DNA of 45,768 bases from Candidatus Thalassarchaeaceae archaeon (GTDB lineage Archaea > Thermoplasmatota > Poseidoniia > Poseidoniales > Thalassarchaeaceae), in NCBI GenBank assembly GCA_030747675.1, contig JASLKH010000050.1, forward strand, positions 1 to 45,768. The letters run 5' to 3'. Shown in pieces: positions 39,747-45,768 of the stretch. The translations under genes were made by a program, and so were the position numbers. The notes beneath the pieces were generated by a model. It was not told the origin of the DNA, searched no databases, and saw only the letters and a program-made list of their open reading frames with translations. Every line of letters begins with the position of its first letter. Position 1 is the stretch's first letter.

Positions 39747-41010
39747 GATTCAACAATTCGTCGACGGAGTTGTCGATGGCTCACTTTCTGATAAGGAAGT
39801 AGAATCATGGATGAAAGAAGTTTATGAAAATGGTCTTTCCAAGGAAAAAACTGTCATTCTAACTAATGCAATGATTCATTCAGGGTCCGTGTTACAGTGG
39901 CCAAATGAATGGGCTCATCTTGTGGTTGACAAACATAGCACAGGAGGGATTGGAGACAAGGTATCGTTACCTCTTTCTCCTGCTCTTGCTGCTTGCGGGC
40001 TGAAATGTCCTATGATTGCTGGGCGGGGACTTGCCCACACAGGAGGGACTCTGGATAAACTCGAATCATTACCTGGATATGATGTTTCAATTTCCCCAGA
40101 AAAAGCACTGGAAATGGTCGCCAATATTGGATGTATGATTGGAGGGCAAACAAGTGAAATCGCTCCCGCAGATAAACGAATGTACGCCATTCGTGATGTG
40201 ACTGGATTAATTGCTTCAGTCCCACTCATTACGGGCTCAATTGTTTCCAAAAAAGCTGCTGAAGGACTAAGCGCACTTGTGATGGACATCAAAGTTGGCC
40301 GAGCGACATTCATGAAAAATGAAGATGATGCGAGAAAGTTAGCTCAGAGTATTGTATCTACTGGGGAAGGACTTGGGATTAAAACTTCTGTGACATTAAC
40401 TGAAATGGACACTCCGCTTGGTTTTGCTGCAGGAAATGCCCTTGAAGTCTTGGAAAGTGTTGAAACATTGCGTGGCTATGGGCCTGCAGATTTGGAAGAG
40501 TTGGTTTGTGTACAAGGTGGAATCTTGCTTCATGCAACTGGTTTAGTTGAATCCATCGAAGAAGGAGCGAATCGTATTCATGACTCACTTCTCGATGGGA
40601 CTGCACTTGAGAAATTCGAACAAATGTGCATTGCACAAGGAGTCACAGCATCTGTTTTCCAAACCGAGCGATCGTTGTTAGATGCCATTGGTTTGCTTGA
40701 TCCCACCCTCAATTCAACTGAATTCAAAACAACACAACATGGATATGTTGCTGATATTGATGCAATGGCACTTGGACAAGTTGTCCTCGAATTAGGTGGA
40801 GGTAGGCTCAATCTAGGTGACGATATTGATCACTGTGTTGGATTTGTGCTTGATGCCCATATAGGGTCCATGCTTGAAAATGGCGACCCATGGATTACAA
40901 TTTACCATAGAGAATCTCTTTCTAATTCACATTCTCAACTCGTTTCAAATGCGATAACCTTGGATGAAAGTCTAGTCGAATCACCTCAAAGGATTATCGA
41001 TATCCTCTGA
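39739..41010 (+). CDS. deoA: Thymidine/pyrimidine-nucleoside phosphorylase, bacterial/eukaryote type
   Basis: VDKHSTGGIGDK, MIAGRGLAHTGGTLDKLES, DKRMYAIRDVT, GSIVSKK, DIKVG, GNALEV. Confidence 0.92.
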   Translation: MIEIQQFVDGVVDGSLSDKEVESWMKEVYENGLSKEKTVILTNAMIHSGSVLQWPNEWAHLVVDKHSTGGIGDKVSLPLSPALAACGLKCPMIAGRGLAHTGGTLDKLESLPGYDVSISPEKALEMVANIGCMIGGQTSEIAPADKRMYAIRDVTGLIASVPLITGSIVSKKAAEGLSALVMDIKVGRATFMKNEDDARKLAQSIVSTGEGLGIKTSVTLTEMDTPLGFAAGNALEVLESVETLRGYGPADLEELVCVQGGILLHATGLVESIEEGANRIHDSLLDGTALEKFEQMCIAQGVTASVFQTERSLLDAIGLLDPTLNSTEFKTTQHGYVADIDAMALGQVVLELGGGRLNLGDDIDHCVGFVLDAHIGSMLENGDPWITIYHRESLSNSHSQLVSNAITLDESLVESPQRIIDIL

Positions 41011-41014
41011 ATTG

Positions 41015-41047
41015 GTGGGAACCACCCTGTAAGGGTGGATTACCCAC
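41015..41047 (+). terminator. GC-rich stem-loop 4 nt after the thymidine phosphorylase stop (putative terminator or 3' stabiliser)
   Basis: GTGGG-AA-CCACCC-TGTAA-GGGTGG-ATTA-CCCAC followed by a pyrimidine-rich tract. Confidence 0.45.
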
Positions 41048-41083
41048 GCTTCTCTCATATACAAGCAGGGCACACAGAACATC

Positions 41084-43195
41084 ATGTCCAGCGGACGTCA
41101 GGTCATTTCGGCGATGGCGTTAGCCTTGGTTCTCATCGCTGTACCTTGGACGGCAAGTGCTTCTTCACAATCCCAAGAAACCACAGGAAGGAGTTCGGTC
41201 ACTGCTACAATCATACTCAATGTTGAAAGTTCTGAAATTGAGTATGAAATCGAATTCGATGAGGTGGAGATTTATGGAAATTATATCTACGAACTTAATT
41301 TCACACGAGTTGATCCCTGTTTCAATCATTTGTCCATAACATCAAACATATCTGCTGTGTCAAATTCAATCACTATTGCAGATACTTGGACACCTGAACA
41401 AGATGGGCCTTACACCTTGAAAGCGAGCCTTTATGACACAGAAAAATCATTAATTGTAACTACTAATTATTCATTTGAATGGGGGGATGCAACAAGTAAC
41501 AGCGCCCCAATCCAAGGGAGTATTTCATTCACACCAGATTTAGAATATTATGATATTTTTAACAACCAAACTCTATACGAAGAAGCGACAATTTCCTTTG
41601 GTCGTGAGAATCGTGAATATGGGGCTGCATACAAGGGTTCTTGGAAAATTTACCGCACCACAGATGATGGAGAGGAATATCTCTCTGGGGAAGGCGCAGG
41701 CAATTGGGGGACTCGAACTCTAACTATGAACAACCTTGATTCCGCCATCGATGGTTGGGAAGATAACACTGAGTACAAATTGAAGTTGTGGACTTACCGT
41801 GTCGATGAGGGTGTGAATATCGAAGTTGATTATGCTGAACGAATATTCAGAACTGGTGTAGAACCTCAAGTACCTCAACTCGTTAACTTGGATCTTATGT
41901 GTGCATCTCCTAGTTTGGGAGATTCAATGCACAATTGGGACTTTACTTACAATGAAACGATTGTTGACTGGCAAACAAATGAATACAATTGCTCTTTGTA
42001 CAATTTCAATTATGTACCAATTTCAGCGGTTTTTTCGGTCAGTTGGACTGGGGCCAAGGACTTTGACATTGGAGGATTACCCTCTTCCGATGAAAAAGTC
42101 AACATGGAATCTTACGGAGAATTCAACTTGACATTGTACCCCCTATGGGGGGCTGATGGGCCGAACGAAACCGATGGATCTTTTTCTATATTGATAGATA
42201 TATCATCAGAATCTGAAGAAATATGGGTTGGAAACTCCACTGAATTAATCGTTGATTTCGACTTCGATTATATCGACGAAATTATTGTCCCTGAAGTTAT
42301 TTATGGCTGCATGGATTCAAATGCAACGAATTACAATCAAAATGCTACTGAATCTGATGGTTCTTGCATATACCCTGGGTCAGAACCCGAACCCGAACCG
42401 GAACCTGTACCTCTGAATGTATCCATTGAGGCGAATCGAACATCGGGCGAAGGTCCGCTACAAGTTTCATTCACAGCAATTATTTCAGGAGGGATAGAGC
42501 CATATTCAATCGAGTGGGAAATAATAAGTCCAACAGGCCCATCATTTTCCACAGATAACATACTGAACCATGAATTCGCCCCCGGGGGACACACAGTGGT
42601 TCTCAGCGTCTCAGACAATGGAACATTTGTTGCTACTGACCAATTAGAAATCTCAGTCACAGAGCCACCCATAATTGAGCCGCTTACAGGATATATTGTA
42701 ACATCACTACAAATTGAACCGGCAATAGACAACATGACGGGTGGGATGGAGTTTACTGGTGTTGCCAGCGGAGGTGTCGCACCATACACATTCAAGTGGG
42801 ATTTCGATGAAGTGGTGACTCCATCACCATTTGAAATTACCCAGATAAATACAGGCGAGACTGTCCTACACGAATTCAAGAAAGCTGGGAATTACACCAT
42901 TACCCTCACTGTTAGAGATCAGGTTGGTGAAATATTCATCACTGAATCTGTAATTGAAATTGTGGATTCAAGCACGAATGAAGACAGTGGAGATTTACCC
43001 TCCCCAGATGACAACGAAATTGTATCTGAGGAATTGGGCTTGTTCATTGCTTCAACTGGCGGACTTTGTTTATTGATGGTTTTCGGATTAGCAGGGCGCA
43101 AGAGAAAGGAAGACCTCTTGGAAAAATTGCGTAATGAAAAAGCAGGTACTTGGAGTCATGAAGAAAATGCAATGTGGGATGATTCCCAATTTTGA
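41084..43195 (+). CDS. Secreted, C-terminally anchored PKD-domain protein
   Basis: Signal peptide; GCMDSNATNYNQNATESDGSC motif; PEPEPEP linker; two PKD-like domains (VSFTAIISGG..YSIEW; FTGVASGG..YTFKWDF, NYTITLTVRD); TM. Confidence 0.8.
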   Translation: MSSGRQVISAMALALVLIAVPWTASASSQSQETTGRSSVTATIILNVESSEIEYEIEFDEVEIYGNYIYELNFTRVDPCFNHLSITSNISAVSNSITIADTWTPEQDGPYTLKASLYDTEKSLIVTTNYSFEWGDATSNSAPIQGSISFTPDLEYYDIFNNQTLYEEATISFGRENREYGAAYKGSWKIYRTTDDGEEYLSGEGAGNWGTRTLTMNNLDSAIDGWEDNTEYKLKLWTYRVDEGVNIEVDYAERIFRTGVEPQVPQLVNLDLMCASPSLGDSMHNWDFTYNETIVDWQTNEYNCSLYNFNYVPISAVFSVSWTGAKDFDIGGLPSSDEKVNMESYGEFNLTLYPLWGADGPNETDGSFSILIDISSESEEIWVGNSTELIVDFDFDYIDEIIVPEVIYGCMDSNATNYNQNATESDGSCIYPGSEPEPEPEPVPLNVSIEANRTSGEGPLQVSFTAIISGGIEPYSIEWEIISPTGPSFSTDNILNHEFAPGGHTVVLSVSDNGTFVATDQLEISVTEPPIIEPLTGYIVTSLQIEPAIDNMTGGMEFTGVASGGVAPYTFKWDFDEVVTPSPFEITQINTGETVLHEFKKAGNYTITLTVRDQVGEIFITESVIEIVDSSTNEDSGDLPSPDDNEIVSEELGLFIASTGGLCLLMVFGLAGRKRKEDLLEKLRNEKAGTWSHEENAMWDDSQF
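42383..42406 (+). repeat. (GAACCN)4 hexamer repeat encoding an EP linker
   Basis: gaaccc gaaccc gaaccg gaacct. Confidence 0.8.
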
Positions 43196-43199
43196 TTCA

Positions 43200-44513
43200 T
43201 CATAGCGGATATCCACTGACTTCCTCTTCATTGAAACAATATCGAATTGTCAAGAACTCATCCTTCAATTCACGTACTGAACTTTTCACTGTTGCAGGGT
43301 CTTCACCGTGAATCAACACCCGCGCATACAATCTTGCAACCTCTTCCATCTGAGTTGTATCCATACCTACACGTGTCAGTTCCTGTACACCCAAGCGAAG
43401 CCCACTGGGCGTCATTGCCTTGGTATCTCCGGGCAGCATGTTCATATTCGTGATAATACCTGCATCTTCAAGTAACTGAGCGGCCTTTGCACCCGCACCT
43501 GAATCAGTAGTTCCATGCCGAGTCAATATTTGGTGAGATTGAGTGTAACCACGCCCTTCTGCTAAGACATCGAACCCTTCACTGGCCATGGCTGTACCGA
43601 ATGCACGTGCATTTTCAACGGTCGCAGCAGCATAGGCCTCTCCATACTCTAAGAATTCTGCAAAGGCAATCACTTTCCCTGCAACGTGATGCAAGTGATA
43701 AGAGGAACAAACTCCTGGAAAAATCGCTGTGTTGAGTTTGCGATGAAACTTCTCATCCTCAGAATCAGAGAGAACGAATCCTCCTTGTGGGCCAGGGAAT
43801 GTTTTGTGGCTTGATCCAGTCACGATATCTGCCCCTTCACGCAACGGGTCTTGAAACTGACCTCCAGCAATTAATCCAAGAACATGGGCTCCATCGTACA
43901 TCATTGAAGCCCCTACTTCGTGAGCTGCATCTGCCATTTCACGAAGTGGAGTTGGGAATAAGAACACGGATTGTCCAACCAAGGCTAAGGCGGGTTCGAC
44001 CTCTCGAATCATGGCGCATGCCGCATCTACATCAGGTTCCATTCTGTCTTCATCCCAAGGGTATGTTGTCAAATCTAGTCCACGTAACCCTACTGCACCC
44101 ATTCGTGCATGAGATATGTGGCCACCATCAGCAGTAGATACTGCTGTGATTTTGTCACCTGGTTTGGCTAGTGCCTTGAGAGCACCAATGTTTGAAACAG
44201 TACCACTGGTCGATTGGATATTGGCAAATCGGCAATTGAAAACATCCTGTGCAAGCGATATCCCAAGTGCCTCGATGTCATCAAAGTCCTCACAACCCTG
44301 ATAGTAACGCTTGCCAGGAAGACCTTCTGCATAGCGACCATGTAGATCGGATGTGATTACTTTCTGAACCATTGGGCTCACGATATTTTCACTGGCAATC
44401 ATGCCCAAGCCACGTCGATAATGATCTCCACTCGCAGCGGTGGCGGCAAGTACTGAATTCGCATGACCTAAGTTCTCTGCACTGGGTTTCCAACTGCCCC
44501 CAACGTCGCTCAT
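43200..44513 (-). CDS. glyA: Serine hydroxymethyltransferase
   Basis: MIASEN, RYAEGLPGKRYYQG, GGHISH, YDGAHVLGLIAG, GSSHKTFPGPQGG (PLP lysine), SGLRLG. Confidence 0.97.
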   Translation of the reverse strand: MSDVGGSWKPSAENLGHANSVLAATAASGDHYRRGLGMIASENIVSPMVQKVITSDLHGRYAEGLPGKRYYQGCEDFDDIEALGISLAQDVFNCRFANIQSTSGTVSNIGALKALAKPGDKITAVSTADGGHISHARMGAVGLRGLDLTTYPWDEDRMEPDVDAACAMIREVEPALALVGQSVFLFPTPLREMADAAHEVGASMMYDGAHVLGLIAGGQFQDPLREGADIVTGSSHKTFPGPQGGFVLSDSEDEKFHRKLNTAIFPGVCSSYHLHHVAGKVIAFAEFLEYGEAYAAATVENARAFGTAMASEGFDVLAEGRGYTQSHQILTRHGTTDSGAGAKAAQLLEDAGIITNMNMLPGDTKAMTPSGLRLGVQELTRVGMDTTQMEEVARLYARVLIHGEDPATVKSSVRELKDEFLTIRYCFNEEEVSGYPL

Positions 44514-44625
44514 ATCAGGGAATGCAGCCTAATCCGCCCTTAGTATTCACGACGAGAGCACGTCTTTCAAACGGTCCAATTTACCCGATTCCTTGATGAA
44601 GGAGAGGCAAGTCGCGCAGACGCTA

Positions 44626-44698
44626 GCCGTGTTAGCTTAGCTGGTGGAGCGGCGGACTGTTAATCCGCAGGTCGCAGGTTCGAACCCTGCACACGGCG
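44626..44698 (+). tRNA. tRNA-Asn (GTT)
   Basis: GCCGTGT acceptor stem pairs with ACACGGC; anticodon arm GCGGA-CTGTTAA-TCCGC; T arm GCAGG-TTCGAAC-CCTGC; no intron. Confidence 0.96.
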
Positions 44699-44722
44699 CC
44701 TCTAACGACACCCACGACGGTA

Positions 44723-44802
44723 GTTACCATTTCTCGGCGGCAGCGCCTCGAAGAGGCGCCGCACGCGTACACACGTGCGCAGGGCGAGTTTCAAATGGTA
44801 GC
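44723..44802 (+). ncRNA. Candidate structured RNA element (three-way junction) downstream of tRNA-Asn
   Basis: 50/80 GC. 10-bp closing stem, 4-bp stem and two adjacent hairpins drawn by hand. Confidence 0.4.
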
Positions 44803-44818
44803 ATGAACACGCACGGTC

Positions 44819-45768
44819 ATGATGTCCCTTCGTGGAAATGCTAGTTCAGCACGTGCGCTAATCGCTTTGATGGTACTTGCTACCCTAACGCCAATGATGG
44901 CTGGAATGACTGATTCCCCTGCTCAAGAAAAAACCGATTTCAAGCCTGAGTCACTTGAATTAGGCGAGAGAATTGTGTCCTCAACTGGAGCTCGGGCACC
45001 TTGCCCCTCCACCCAAAATGATGGAGGTACAACTGGTGATGCAGCCAACAGTACCAGCACCACAAAGACACTAGGGGCCAATCCAAGTACACAAAATGTT
45101 CCAGGTTGTGTTGATTCAAGTGACTTGATGGATTTCTACAGTGTGACTCTTTCAGCAAACAGAGATTTCTCAGTTGAATTGACTGTTCCATCAACTGCTG
45201 ATTTTGATTTGTACATCGTCGATTCAAATTCAAACGTTCTACAAGCATCAGAGTATAATGATCCTCTCGAAAACGTCATGCACATCACCAATGCATCTTC
45301 CACTCTCTATGTGGTTGTTTCACGATACACGGGTGATGGTTCCTATTCATTGGACATGTGGACAAACACCAGTGTGGCGCGCCCAGACCTTACCTCAAAC
45401 AGTGTCAGTGGACCTACTTCTGCAACCACTGGCAGTACTGTGACCATTTCTTACACTGTTAACAACGTGGGTGCTGCAGCCTTGACCAGCAGTACACCCT
45501 ATGACATTCCAGTCATATTGTCAACTGACACTACATATGATTCAACTGACACAATTCTTAGCACACAAATTACTGGACCGAATCTAGCAATCAATGCCAA
45601 TCAGCAAATGAATTCGAATGTCCAAATACCATCGTCATTGAGTGCAGGCAGTTACTATTGGTTAGTTTGGCCAGATGGCTGGGACAATGTCACTGAATCA
45701 AATGAATTGAATAATAATGCATGGAGCACGACTACCACATCAATTACTGTTCCTGGATTGACTGGTGA
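44819..45768 (+). CDS. Secreted protein with pre-peptidase C-terminal (PPC)-like and CARDB domains, 5' part only (runs off the right edge)
   Basis: Manual translation, open to the window end: MMSLRGNASSARALIALMVLATLTPMMAG...DLMDFYSV...ADFDLYIVD (PPC)...RPDLTSNSVSGP...TVNNVG...VTESNELNN (CARDB). Not in the ORF track because it has no stop. Confidence 0.85.
   Translation, partial: MMSLRGNASSARALIALMVLATLTPMMAGMTDSPAQEKTDFKPESLELGERIVSSTGARAPCPSTQNDGGTTGDAANSTSTTKTLGANPSTQNVPGCVDSSDLMDFYSVTLSANRDFSVELTVPSTADFDLYIVDSNSNVLQASEYNDPLENVMHITNASSTLYVVVSRYTGDGSYSLDMWTNTSVARPDLTSNSVSGPTSATTGSTVTISYTVNNVGAAALTSSTPYDIPVILSTDTTYDSTDTILSTQITGPNLAINANQQMNSNVQIPSSLSAGSYYWLVWPDGWDNVTESNELNNNAWSTTTTSITVPGLTG

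Noticed and set aside
39739-41010. Archaeal AMP phosphorylase (pentose bisphosphate pathway)
   Set aside because: No N-terminal extension, KHSTGGIGDK rather than the AMPpase-type motif, and no RuBisCO or isomerase gene nearby.
44723-44802. Known RNA classes (hammerhead, TPP riboswitch, C/D or H/ACA sRNA, 5S rRNA, tRNA remnant) for this element and the one at 15804-15892
   Set aside because: Required cores are absent (CUGANGA/GAAA arrangement, UGAGA, a RUGAUGA+CUGA pair, ACA right after the stem, T-arm).
1-45768. CRISPR array, integrase/transposase, or att duplication of either tRNA 3' end
   Set aside because: No regularly spaced repeats, no recombinase or transposase motifs, and no second copy of the tRNA-Asn or tRNA-Ile 3' ends was seen.

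Overview
Chromosomal segment of an archaeon. CarS, an AglB/STT3 oligosaccharyltransferase, archaeal-type GlyA, GGAGGTGA-like Shine-Dalgarno sites, choice-of-anchor-T-like proteins and many large acidic secreted proteins and subtilases point to Marine Group II Thermoplasmatota (Ca. Poseidoniales); this assignment is inference. I find 23 CDS (two truncated at the window edges and absent from the ORF track) and 2 tRNAs (Ile2-CAT, Asn-GTT). I find no CRISPR array, integrase or transposase. Three things stand out. (1) A 3191-aa AglB with an extra N-terminal multi-TM region and about 1800 aa of C-terminal beta-sandwich repeats. (2) A co-oriented cluster (secreted 5xOB-fold protein, orphan TctA-like permease, 6x lamin-tail-domain/PLD surface enzyme, 2OG-Fe(II) dioxygenase overlapping a bacterial-type thymidine phosphorylase) that looks like an extracellular nucleic-acid scavenging and salvage module. 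(3) Two GC-rich intergenic elements with unrelated sequence but the same predicted three-way-junction fold, each just upstream of a large surface-protein gene. All family calls come from motif recognition by eye, not database searches.
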